Origin: Chara braunii
Lineage: Eukaryota > Plantae > Charophyceae
Length of the DNA: 60,402 nucleotides
Reading direction: 5' to 3'
Assembly (NCBI GenBank): GCA_003427395.1
Contig: BFEA01000046.1
Coordinates: 1,773,465-1,833,866 of the forward strand
The notes beneath the pieces are model-generated. The model had not been told where the DNA came from, made no database searches, and saw only the letters and a program-made list of their open reading frames with translations. The position numbers and the translations under genes are program-made. Shown piece after piece: positions 48,073 through 60,402 of this stretch; positions within the stretch are counted from its first letter, which is position 1, and every line of letters starts with the position of its first letter.

Positions 48073-50585
48073 TATGGTCACTGCCGCTATGATCTTGGAT
48101 GTGGACTGGCTCCACAGAGACATGCTGGATATCCCATGTCAGGAGGTGGCTCGAGAGCTGATCGGCGTCTAGCGATTCTTGGATTTTAGAGTGGGCTATC
48201 CAGTCAGCGATGTGGCTTGCCGGGATGTCAGATTCAATTTTGGCCACAGCAAGTGCTGTGGAGGATGCCGCTAGAAGGGGGGACAGACCAGTCCATTGCA
48301 ACTGGTAAGTATTTTCCGTGCCTGTCTGTCCCGACCAGTCGCTCAGTTTCAAGATGGCTATATGCAGCAGTATCGTTGAGTTGGGACTGTCTGCTACTGT
48401 GTGTCGACCCATCTTGAAATGTGGGAAGCCCTCCGTTTTGCCTGCCGATTTCAGGATCTGGGTGTCAGTCAGGTCTACCGCTAGGGAATCTGTCGGTTGA
48501 GCCTGGACAAATATAGAAGGTATGATCATCGACTCTTCCTTCCCTTGTGCTGTGAGGAAGCCAATACTTGAGTCACTATTGCACACAATGAGTGGGACCA
48601 GAAACTGAGCGATACCTTTTTTATCCTTGCGAGATAGGGTTCTTATTGGCTTGGCGAAACTTAGAGCTTTTTTTGTCTGCTTCTGTTGCGAGGTGCCTTT
48701 CCTCCGGACCTCAATTCTCGCCACATCCCTGCCCTCCTGCTGTGACAAGTGGCGAGGGATGGCAGAGGTATCATTTGCTTTCATTTTTTTCCGAGGGCCA
48801 GGAAACTCAGACATGGGGAATAAGAAATCCTTATTTCCCTTCGTCTGTTTCCCTATTTTTTCCTGTCTTTTCTTTCTTTTAGCCGCACCCCTCTGGTTTG
48901 TAGCCTTGGCTTTGAAAACGAGGTTGCTTCTTTCTCCACCCCCTCCCATCTCCTCTGCCTGATTTTCAGCCACTTCCACCTTTTCCTCCACTGTGTCCAC
49001 TTCATCAGCGGGGGAGGGAAGCACTAGCTTATCAGGCAAGATGTCATTGGGACCCGGGGGACGGAGGAAGATCCGTGGCCAGGTCCCGGGGGGGGAGGAA
49101 GATCCGTGGCAGACACTCATCGGGCGTATTCCCCAACTGCTCTTTCGACTCTACATGAGATGTTCTTGGGAGGGAAGAGGAGGGCTGGGGGGAAGGCTGG
49201 AGTGGAGAAGGAACAGGCGCAGGGAAAGGGGAAGAAGAGGATATGTTCATGTCCATAGTTCCTTTGCTCCCCTGAGTGGAATCCATGTTGTCCCCCTGTC
49301 CAATCTCCTTGTCTACCACCACCCCTGCTTCACCCCCTGTGCTCCTCGGGCCCTTCCATTCCTTTGTCTTTGAGGAATCCACAGTCGAGGTTTGTATCTC
49401 CTCTATATGCTCCTTGCCCTTGCTTATCTGTTTTTTGGCACGCCAGGAGAGAGGTTTCCTTTCTTTCTCTTTTCTGGGGCGACGGATTTTTAATTTTGTT
49501 CCCAGCTCGCCTGGGGTTGCGACAGATCCGTCTTTCGGATTAGGGGATGGGCCTATCAGGTGATCTGTGGGATCTTCCTTCCCATTGCTGTCTTCCACCT
49601 CCGGTCTATCCCTGTGCTTTGCCTTGTCCTTGGGGACAATGTTCTCTTTCATTTTCGTTGCCTCTCGTCCCTCCGTATTGGTTTTGGGAAAGGCATCCTT
49701 GTTCCCTGACGAGTCTTCTGTTACAGCCTCCTTGAAGGACTTTCTACGTGCATTTGTCCGCATATTGATGGGGCAGCTTTCGTCCTCGTCAGAGTGAAAA
49801 TATCGTCGACATTTTTTGCACCAAAGAGAGTCAGAGCATGCAATGTTGAGATCTACCCAACCGTCTTGCTCCAGATCTATTATCAAGTGCTGCTTATACC
49901 ACACGCGCGCAGCTAATTCCATGTCAAATCGAACATTCCAAAGATCTGGGGAGATTGGGTCCACAAAAGCCTCGTGAGCTTTTATGATTTTGCCAAAGGC
50001 TTTTTGAATAGCCCCTCTCAGGTGAGGTAATATAGAGATTGGCACCTGTATTGCTTTCACCCAAAAGTAGCGGAACTTTTGTGCTTCATTCCATTCAAAA
50101 ATCTCATTCTCATTCATCCATCTGAGGAATCTAACTGAGTAGTTTTTCCCATCCAATTCTATTTTGTCCGAGCCTTTCTTGATCATCCACGACGCTATTT
50201 CCTTGGCACTGGTTACGTAAGTGACCAGGTTTTTCCCATCACACCTGAAGACTCCACGTCTGGGAGCAGCGTTCAAGTGTGAATCTTGAGCCCAGCCATC
50301 TTCGTAGATTCGAATAATCCTGTTTTTGATTGATGGTGGGAGTGATGTTGAATCGTTCTCGAAGTGGACCGAAACGGCATGCTCTGCCAGCCATTCGGCT
50401 TGGATGTCATAGAATTCCTTGTGGACAACCACTCTTGCATATTCTTGACCACTATCAGCTATCCTGGGTGCGAATTCCTCAGGAAGGATACCATTAGCAT
50501 TGCAGTCAATGACTCCTCTGATCCTCATTTTTTCTGCTTCTGTCATGGCAGGCGAGCTAGCCATGGTGATGGTAAGGACCGACAC
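48047..50585 (-). pseudogene. LINE ORF1, probably one ~840 aa ORF split by a frameshift near 49050-49120
   Basis: 513 aa and 357 aa overlapping ORFs; FWVKAIQVP (ORF1-type W.....P motif) and CKKCRRYFH.....SC knuckle; the junction has a G-run and a short direct repeat ggaagatccgtggc. Confidence 0.75.
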
Positions 50586-53500
50586 CGCCAGGTGGCGAAG
50601 TGTGATTCTTTACGATTGGTGTAAGCATTGGGCGGTTGTCCGGGACTAAGCTCCACGTGTCCTCTCCTGGTCTGTAGCTGGCCTGGGCAGCCTATACTCA
50701 AAGATCGCTACTATGCGGACCAAAAATCTGATAGTCTCCTCCTAGTGAGTGATTTGTGCCGGCCTGCGTGTGGCGCCAGTATAATTGCCCACTCTCTTGT
50801 ATCTCTCTGGCATATGTGAAAAGCCGAAATCCCGGACGCGTCAACCCTCTACCTTGTGCGGATTTGCAGACACTCAGCCTCACCTGCTTCGTGAGGAAGA
50901 AATGACAAAGACTGGGAGAGGACCTATGAGGAAATAACTTAATCTTTTTGTCTTTCCTACAGCAAGGATCAGACCCGAAAAGGCCTGGGTAGTGAATTCC
51001 AGCGTAGGGCTCCTATCCCTCTTGGTCTGAAATCGCTCCAGGAGGTAGAGTGTTGCTATCCTACTGGTCATTGGGGCAGTCGGCCAAGACTGGGATATGT
51101 TTACCTCTGTTTGTCTTCATCACCTCGCTGGTGCGATGCTTTCACTCTCCGTGTTTGGGTGAAAATCTCCACTCCGGAGAACCGTTGTCTTCTTGGTCTT
51201 CCTTTGGGGCCTAGCCCTCCCTGGTTGATGTGGTGCCTGTATCCCTGGTCCGCGGCTATGGAAACGACCAGCCACGTATCATCGTTGCCTGCCCTCTTGG
51301 TCACACACCGCCAGCATACTGCATGGAACCCTAAATCACCGAGCTGTACTTTTTCCCCTGGAACGACAAGTTTCCGTTCCACGGTACTTTCCGTACCCGC
51401 GTTGGCTATGGAAGATTAGCGCTGCGGATCAGCGCTACGAATTAGCGCTACCGGCCCTTCTCCTCTACCGGCTTTCTTCGTCGCCCGCTGTTTTTTCTTG
51501 GGTTCACACTTTTGGATATTGCTCGTTTTGGAGTCTAGGGACCGTGGCTGGTTGTAACGTAGCGAGACTTCCAGGGGCACGGTTCCATTAGCGAGAATTT
51601 GGAACTTCAATGAAAAATAGTTCCCAATGAAAGATGTACTGGCCGCGGACATGGTTGCATCCCAGTACCACCAACCAACTCGGTCGGTAGCGAAAATGTT
51701 GGTCCTTCCCCTTGCATCACTGACATCATTTTGTTCGTTTGGAGCAGCACGTGCTGGGAACCGGGCCCAGCGTCCCAATATAACAGCATTGTTAGCAAAG
51801 GACCCCAGTTGTGAACCACAATCACCCTTACTCTAGTCTGCCTCTCCACTGAGCCCCTCAAAATTCCCCCGACATCCTATTCCACCAATTCGTGTGTTCT
51901 AGGCCAAGTGCTCACGGGAACGGAAAGTAGTAAATTTATAAAGTTTCTTCATGCTTTCTATCTGGCCTGACTCTCCTCTTCATGGTACAACACAGTCAGG
52001 CTGGGTCAGTGAGACGGGATACCATGCGCTCAACTTGGGATTTCAACATAGGAATGAGAGAGCACCTTCTCAAAAACGAAAATTGCGCGAAAGGAAGAAT
52101 GCGTACGACCGACGAAATAACGGGCTATCCAGTCTGTCGAAATCTTTGTACAGGGATTGCCACACAGGTGTCACTATGTGACGATTCTGTCAAATCCACC
52201 GGCTAGTGGAAATTGTGCCCCAGTAATATTTTGTCCATTCTTTTTTTCTTGAAAAGTGGAAATGTTTTTTTATTTGTCCATTTTTTTCCCTTGGGAAGTT
52301 GAAATGTTTGTCATTATGCCCTGCTAGTCATTATGCCCTGAAAGTTGAAATGGATCAACAGTTGTCATCATGCCCTGCTAGTCGAACTGAGCCGGCACCT
52401 GTAAAGTACCAGCCAATTGAACTCTCGGAATGAAAATGTCTCTTTGCGAAGAGAAAAATAGTTTCCACACCAAATACACAGCCACTCCCTTTGGCCTGGA
52501 GAAGGACAGTGCCGGTACCGGCCTTTAATTACCGGTACGCGGTAATTCCAAGTCCGTACTGGTAGTGGCCTTTCCCAGCCAATGGGGCTGCATGAGCATG
52601 TGATGTACCCGGCATGCACAATATGGTGTAACGTAGCGGGCGTTCCCAGCCAATGGGGCTGCATGAGCATTTGATGCACAATATCATGTAATGAACCCAA
52701 CTTCAGAAGCTTACAATCATATCTCACATGAGCACACACTGCTCAACTCATTGATAAGAAGCAAATACAGACAGTATAGAAATATAAGACTACGTGAAGA
52801 AGAAGGTGAAAAGCATGGAGTTGTCACAAGATTAATACAATGTTCAAACTGCTTCTCCTTCTTCTTTCACGGGAATCCTTCTCACCACCTCAATCCTCCA
52901 ATGGTGCATCTCTCAATTCCTTCACCACCAGTCTGGACACAATGTCACTTGCCAAGTCAACCTGTCTACAGGGCTGGCTATCCCAGGCTAGCACAATGAA
53001 GGTGGAACACGAAATGACAATGTCAATCTTTTGCGGTAGCATGGAGTCTTCTTCCTCCAAATCATTATCACATTGCCTCCCTGAAGCTATGGTTACCTTC
53101 TCTCTCATCCCCTGACCTCATTTGCACAATTGCCACACTCTCTGAATAGCCTAAGCACCAACAGGATGAAGTGCTGGATGATGAATGCTGGTCTCCCTCA
53201 TCTTGGAGTGTTCTTGCTCAAGTGGCTATGGCCGCCATTCAACAGGTAAGCTTCCCACCCCTTCTTGTCAACCCTTGTGCAATGGTTGCCTCCTCCTTCC
53301 TATCTACACCCCTGTCCCTCCTCTTTATGGTGGCAAACAAGCTCCAGTCCACAACACCACCTTTTGAGTCTTGAATGATAAATGTGTTGCACATGCAACC
53401 ATGGTCTTCTCTGCAGCGGCTTTGGCTGAACACTCCGAGTTGACACACTCGCCAGATAAGCCTCCTCTTCCCCCCAAACCCAGACCTCCCTTTTCCTCTC

Positions 53501-55948
53501 TCTCTTGTAGTTATGGTGGACCAGACTGCTGCAGTGCAGGCGATGGCTACCACTCTCTCTCACTCTTGCCGTGGCAGCCTCCTACCTCTCTGTCTGCGTT
53601 CTCTTGCACTCACTGTAGCGCCTGCACTGCAGCAGTGGATAATGAATACACGACCTGGGGCAGACCACTCTTTTACATTGTTTGCTTGGCCTGGCCTGCC
53701 TCCATTTGCCTCCTCGAAGGGCTGAGATTTCTGGATCTGTGTGGCCCAGATTGCTCGCCAGTGGGCCTTGGAAACTTCTGGAAATTGCTCTGAGCCTTTG
53801 GACTGCGTGAGCCTTTGATTGCTGTCTCTGGGTAGGGATTGATGTCTGGAGGTGTGGGGTGCCTCTTTTCTTTGTTGGAGGGTGCCTCATTTTGACCCTT
53901 GACCCAGTATTTATTCAGCAAGGGACATCCAGGCAGAAGAACGGCAAAATTGGGGACATGCATGCAAAGAAGGGTCAAACAGTATATAGAGTCCAAATAT
54001 GTTCAGAACAGAGTATGCCGGCCAGCTGAAGTAGGTATGCACTTATGATTATGTGACAGTGCTTTTATTCGTAGACAAACTTATGAGTGCAGGGTCAATC
54101 AGTCATGACGGAGACATACAGAACTGCACTTTTCGAGAAGAAACACCAGAGACACCAGAGACTTCAGGGATATAACTCTGCATATAAAGGTGAGTCCGAA
54201 GGGTGAAAATGAAGATGACAAATGAAGAAGGAAGTGCAGGTGCGCTGAAAAGCGAACGTGGTAGACTCTTCACCAAAACTGCAAAACTGTGAAAGAAAGA
54301 AGAATGCAGTGAAAGAAAGAAGATGTTTGGGTCACTTTTTTTGTTTTTTCTCCTTCTGCCTATCGGTTTTCCTTTTATGCTCCTCTCTTCCTTGTGTTTA
54401 ACACCTCTTCCTTCACTCTGCCTCTTTCCCATTGCGTGGGCTGTTATGGCATACGGGGATGGGGGCAGCTCGCGCTCAACTTCATCAACGTGGCGAGCCT
54501 TGTACGTTAGAGGCATACTGGAGGAGGCGTTAAGAAGACTGAGAAACTGAATGATTTCAATGCGTCTTTGTTTTTTATTTTTATCCTTGGATTCAGTGTA
54601 ATTTTTTTTTGTAAAACACTGAAAGAAATAATAATACTGTGAAACAAGGAATAAGAGGACACTGTTTTGTGTCATTCTGGTTTGTCCGTCTCTTTGCCTG
54701 TCTGTCCTTTCATTTTTCTTTTCTTCGCTCATCTTATTTCTTCTTCTACTTCACGTGCTTACGCTCTTAGTCAATAGTTTTGTGACAATATATAGGTATG
54801 TGTGGGTAGGCTACAAAGGGTTTGTGTATGGGGAAAGGGGGGCAGTGTATGGGGAAGGAAGGACAGCAATAAGAAGGGGAAGCGGGGGTTAGGGGTGGGG
54901 CCAATCTCTGGGTACCTAAACCAGATTGTCTTACATTAAAGTCAACGGTCTGACGATTGCAGCAGACAGAGGAACACAACTTCAATCAATTTTGCACTTG
55001 CACTCATCAGATATCGATTGGTACGAGATGTAGGTTTACCATATGCTTAGATTACGGGGTTGGAATGGGGTGCTTTTGCATTTTTTGGTTCTTTTTTCGG
55101 AATCTTTTTCTGTGGCGCAGATTCGTTTTTTGAAATTGTCGTCAATCTGAAATTGCGCAGTAGCTGAAATTTTTGGTTCTTTTTTCTTGACGTTCAAAAA
55201 TTCGCTGCTTGACAAATCCATTTTTTTTTTTGTTTTGGAATTCTTTTTTCACGTTAATTCGTTTTTTTATTAATTTTGAATCATGCATTAATTAGTAGCT
55301 GAAAATTTTGATTTGTAGTATTTTCTTGGAACTCTAATTTTTCCATTGCTATAATATTTCGAAGTTTTCCTTTTTCTCACAAAATCTCTCTTTGCAGTTG
55401 AGTTTTGGGATTCTTTATCCTGAAATTGAAATTTGTGCGCATACTCTCATCTGCATTATTTCGAATTTTTTTTCTTTCTAAATTCGGAATTCCTTGAACT
55501 TGCTTTTTTCTTTCCTTTTTTTGCAGTTCAATTATTCTTTTATCCGTTTCTGTGATTATGTGTAGTCTGAAATTCGTATATTTTAATTCTTTCAATTTCG
55601 GGATTTTTGGGGATTGGGAGACCTACCGAACTTGCCATTCTTTTATTTATCCTTATTGGGGCGATCAGTGGAAATGCTAGTACATCACATCTCCTCCTTT
55701 CCCCTCTCCCACCCACCCCATCTACGCTGCTATCTCTCTTTTCTACACCTCTCTCCTCCCACCTGTCTTCTGCTTCAGATTGCTGCAGCATTGGTGAGTT
55801 GCCACGTCAGTAGGGACACTTCAGCCCACAGTCGTGCCACGTCAGCAGCCGATCAACAGGGACAGGTCAGCTGAGAACCGTGCCAGTTGAGCAGCCGATC
55901 AGTACCACGCCAGCAACAGTTAGTGCCACGTCATCAGTTTCGCGGCAT

Positions 55949-56450
55949 ATGCCCGTGCTCACCCGATCACAAACAGGCGACATGGAGCAGAAGCAAGGGG
56001 AAACGACTAAGGCCTACGAGGCCTTGATGCTGACCTTGATGGCAAAAATCAAGCAGCAGGCAGACATGGTGACAGCTGCACGAAAGAAAGAAGAGGAGGC
56101 AGAGAAACATCGTCGTTTTGTGGAGGAACGTAGGAAGCAAGCCGAAGCAGCAGCGAAGGTTGCCAATGAGGAACGTATATATGGACGCGACAATATATTT
56201 AAGGAGGAAAGCGCACTTGCGCTGGCTGCGGAATGGTGGACGGAGGTAGAAGGCGGGGAAATCAGCAACAGCGAGATCAAACTCTTACTTTGCTTTCCCG
56301 CTTCACGGACTTTGGGCTACCTGCATTGCACACCAGGAGGACATCCACTGCCTCGACCACACGGTCCAAGATTACAAGCAGACATGCACACAATTGACCA
56401 GCCGCATATAGCTGCTGGAACAACGACCCACTGCCCCTTCAACCTCGCCC
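55949..56450 (+). pseudogene. Retrotransposon gag N-terminal relic
   Basis: MPVLTRSQT start followed by a long coiled coil, same style as the gag start at 17757; frameshifted near 56285; no pol follows. Confidence 0.6.
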
Positions 56451-57372
56451 TTCACGTCAACGTCTTGGAGGTTGCCGTAGGTACGCTCAAGGACGGTACT
56501 GTAGAGCGCATCGGTCGTGCAGAGGGACCCTCCAGGTTGCGTCACGTAGTATTTTGCAGCACTTCGTCGCAGAGCGTTGCCGCTTCGGTCGAGTGCGCCA
56601 TCCATATCTTTTGTGAACCCCTACGACAGGATAGGATCGTCGTTTGAGGCGTTGATCTCTTCGGCACGACCCTATGTCGGACGGTAAAATCTAACCACGT
56701 GATACATCTCACAAAAAATAAAAATCAGACTCTCGTATGTAAATCGCGCCTAGTCCCTTTTTCACGCCCAACCCATAATTTTTACTAGGCGGAATATACG
56801 AATATCGTGCGCGAGTTTAATAAAATATTGCGGCGGTACAGGTCTTAGTCATATCGACTAGCCATGCATGAATACGCAAGCAGTCACAGCGATGAAGAAC
56901 TATGTAGTACCCATAATCATGTGGACCTCAGTGATCTTGAGGGTCACTTTTGACACTCGTTTTGAGGGGTTAATCTCTCGACGTTAGACAATCGCTAAGG
57001 CGGTTGAGAACCACACCCTCTTCTGCACCTTGCATAGAGTGGGTGGTATACAGGCTCCGACCTGTTGTGGCAGTTTACCCTTATGGCCATGGAGACGAGC
57101 TCCAGTATTGGAGGTCTTGAAACAGGTCAAGGGATTTGACTTTGACGGCTGCCATGGATGTCAACGTTCAACTATAAAAAAAAATATCAAAAAAAGCAAA
57201 GCCAAACAAGGGATCTCTCTTTTCTCTTAAGCCAAATCCGCTCGATCCTTACACATGGTCACAGTGGATCGCGCGGATACTCATAATATATACATATAAA
57301 GGGTTAAGAGATACGAGACGATCACTTTTCACAATCACAATGTAGCTTTCTTTAAAGATATATATTATATAT

Positions 57373-57489
57373 GGTTCAGCCTCCTGATGAGTCGGTGAAA
57401 CTCCGACGAAACAGTTTGTCACAGCCCCTCGTTTGTTGTCCTCTTCTCTCTCTCTGCCTACGGTTTACCGGGCAGTTCTGTTTGTGACG
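57373..57489 (+). mobile_element. Longest copy of the second PLE-like family, with a complete hammerhead catalytic core
   Basis: CTGATGA-GTCGG(tgaaact)CCGAC-GAA-ACA(gtt)TGT-C at 57384-57420; flanked by atatat on both sides; stem I pairing not evident. Confidence 0.72.
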
Positions 57490-57544
57490 ATATATACTAC
57501 GACTTCGTTAGCTTCCTGCTACGCGAGGGCAGACTGCCAAACTC

Positions 57545-58140
57545 TCAAGAGTCCTAAAAATATAATAACTCCATCAGATTTTGGGAGATTTCGGCAACGC
57601 TTCTCGTAGGAAAAGTGCCTCTGCAAAATTTATATGAGACTAGATATGAAATATGAAAACGATTTTTAATTCTTACAAAGTTATATTTTGTCTAACTGTT
57701 TGAATTAGTAAAAGTTTGGGCAACATGTCCTTTAGAGAAGTAGGCTCCCCAGATTCATACCAGGTCGGATTTGAACTCAAAATAAATTTGAATTCTGGTA
57801 GGATAAAATTTAACTAACTCCTTAGATTTGTAGAAGTTTCAGCAGCGCTTCCCATAGGAAAAGTGTCTTTCCAAAATTTATATAAAGTTAAATACGAAAC
57901 CTAAACAGTAATTTGACTTCACAAAGCGAAATTCTGTCGAACTCTCTGAATTGGGAAAATTTTAAGCAACATCTCCCTTAGAGAAGTAGGCTGCTCAAAT
58001 TTATACCAAGTCATATATAAACTTAGATTTGTAAAAAGAGAAAGATTTGACTAACTCCTTAGATTTGTAAAACATTGGGCAGCGCTTCCCGTAGGAGAAG
58101 TGTCATTCGAAGATTTACACAAAGCCTGATATGAGAAAAT
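57545..58140. repeat. Degenerate ~240-250 bp tandem repeat (about 2.3 units)
   Basis: taactcc.tagattt...gcagcgcttccc.taggaaaagtgtc at ~57566, 57814 and 58052. Confidence 0.8.
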
Positions 58141-59389
58141 AAAAGTTTATCCCAGAAAATGCTGAAATTTGAACTAAGTAAAAATAAATTTAACTCAGAA
58201 AATGAAAGAATTGAACTAACTCCTACAACTCCAGCACATGGCGAGCACCTAAACAAGTACCTATCAAAGTCACGACTCGTAACAAGTTGAGCTCACACTC
58301 GACCACATGCAAGTCCATACTACAACGAGTAAGTACTCTCACAAAAATCCTAAGTTATTTCCATCGTAAATAGTTTATCATCTTTCAGTTAGATAAACCA
58401 CAATACCCTAACTGACATATGGCATAAGAAAGCTAAGCCAAACCGAAGCCACAAACCTTTGCCTTCGTACACACAAAATAGAGGGCACAACTAGTCTCTT
58501 CATTGGGCAATTAACTAGGCCAAAGCGAAGCCAGATTGTGTAGTTCTGCCAAGTGTTTAATATCCAAGTTTATAATAGCGCTTTGAACTCTTTGATCTTT
58601 TGAAGAATAAGACTGAGCCAAAATGAAGCTACGTTGGTAAGTCTGCCTTAAAATACCTTCGTTATATTTTTAGTTAAGTATTCTTTTTCCTTTTTGTGAT
58701 AGGCTGTAGTCAGACCAAACCAAAGCCACATTGTTTGAGTAGTTTCCCTGCACTTACTAAAATCGCTAATGTGAGACTTCTGGCATCCGGGCCGTCCGTG
58801 GACCGACCGGCCCGTCGACCCGGATTGCCCCGCGATCTTAAGATTTTAAGATCGCACCGCGATCTAGGTCGTTCGCGGTCTTACCGGCCCTACCGGCCTG
58901 CGATCTTAAGATTTTAAGATTGCACTGCGATCCAGGTCGTTCGCAGTTCTACCGATGTTAAAACTTTAAGACTGCGGGGGCAATCGAGGCTGTAGGTTCA
59001 GTACCAGTTGGCCAACGGTCGAGAAGTTTGCAGCCCAATTGAAGTTAGGGCTGCGAGGACCGAAGTGAAGGTTGCGGACGCGGGGAGAAACCGGTCCCAC
59101 CTTACGGCTGTAGGTGTGGGGAGAAACCGGTTCCAGTTGGGGCGGTCTCCTCTTGGGCTTAGAGGTTCGGCCAACCCGCATATCTTTGGCGGTGCACATC
59201 ACACATTCACACGAACGCCCGCCTGTCCCCTCGAACAAGCGCATGCACACACACTGCACGCACATGCACGCACACGCACACAAGCACAAGCACCAACACA
59301 TGCATGCATGCAAATGCATCACAGGTAGACTGTCGGGGTTCAACCTCCTGCTGAGTGGGTGAAAGTCCAATGAAACAGTCTGCCGCTCG

Positions 59390-59393
<4 letters not shown>

Positions 59394-59440
<47 letters not shown>

Positions 59441-59513
59441 AAGGACCCTACCATGACGACGTTGACTGGTGAAAACAAGGTTGACACCAACTGTGTGGGT
59501 GGGTGCGCACGTG

Positions 59514-59591
<78 letters not shown>
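59394..59591. repeat. Two (GA)n microsatellites
   Basis: Seen directly. Confidence 0.9.
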
Positions 59592-59594
<3 letters not shown>

Positions 59595-60131
59595 GAGGAC
59601 CCTACCATGATGACTTTGACTGATGAAAAGGCGGTTGAAGACGCTGATGCAGATGAAAGATAAGGAGTAAGGAGCACTATTTGCAAGGACAAGGGGAGAT
59701 GATAATGGCGTGGGGAAAGGGGGCCGATGAAACATGTTATGGTGGTTTTTTTTTTTGTTTTTTATTCGCTATGATCCCAAAAGGGAGATGAAGCGGCATG
59801 AAGGGGAGGACAAGAAAGAGGCAGAGGAACACGAGGAGGAGAAAAAGGAATGTGAAAGCCTAAGAGGGAGGAAGCGTAGAGAGGCAGAAAGAGATGGAGC
59901 TGGAGGAGGAGAAGAGGGAGGAGGAGGACAAAGGAGAAGTACGAGAAGAGGGGAAAGTACAAAGGAGGGAAAGGAGGGAAAATTTAGAAGAGGAAAAGTT
60001 AGGAGAAAGGGTTGCGGGGGGAAAGCTAGGTGTAAGTCGCCAAAAGGGGGTTGGAGGTTCAAGGTGCGAAATCGCACTTGTGGTTAGGATACGAGGCGCT
60101 AAATCGTGCCTTCAGTTTTCTTTTCATTTTA

Positions 60132-60164
<33 letters not shown>

Positions 60165-60312
60165 GCGAAGGGGAAGGGGAGAGGGCAAGGGGGAAGTCCG
60201 GGTGGTGTTTGGTGGGTTGGAGGCGCAATTTCGGTTCTTGTATCCTTCGTTTTTTAGGTTTGTGTTTGTTTTTTCTGTTTATGTGTTTGTCTGTGTGACT
60301 GTGTGTGTGTGT

Positions 60313-60344
<32 letters not shown>

Positions 60345-60349
60345 GAGAN

Positions 60350-60397
<48 letters not shown>

Positions 60398-60402
60398 GTT
60401 AA

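Larger units (their letters stand above)
43532..50600 (-). mobile_element. L1/Tx1-clade LINE, near full length, disabled; the 5' region may extend to ~51860
   Basis: Poly(A) tail (T run 43532-43551); ORF2 APE-RT-zf; long ORF1; TSD not found. Confidence 0.92.

Overview
This is a repeat-dominated eukaryotic window with N gaps, (CT)n/(CA)n microsatellites and nested transposons. I found no convincing host protein-coding gene. The gag N-termini (MVDTRSGKS..., MPVLTRSQT...) and the repeat mix recall a charophyte alga such as Chara; that is inference from memory, not a search result. Main contents: (1) 170-7035, a Penelope-like retroelement in partial-tandem form inserted in a (CT)n tract. It has a type I hammerhead ribozyme in each ~1.3 kb repeat and a GIY-YIG endonuclease placed N-terminal to the RT. 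A chain of tightly coupled upstream ORFs includes a separate CCHC-knuckle/coiled-coil/SAP-like protein. (2) Three 5'-truncated copies of a second hammerhead-core-bearing element, each ending at (AT)n. (3) A degenerate chromodomain Ty3/gypsy element (minus strand, ~11.7-18.4 kb) interrupted by a MITE. (4) Nested hAT-type MITEs. (5) Integrase and gag relics. (6) A near-complete but disabled L1/Tx1-like LINE (minus strand, 43.5-50.6 kb). (7) An organelle-like tRNA-Asp pseudogene and tandem tRNA-like units. There are also assembly artefacts: a Nextera mate-pair junction adapter at 31181-31210 and 95-bp N-joined duplications.
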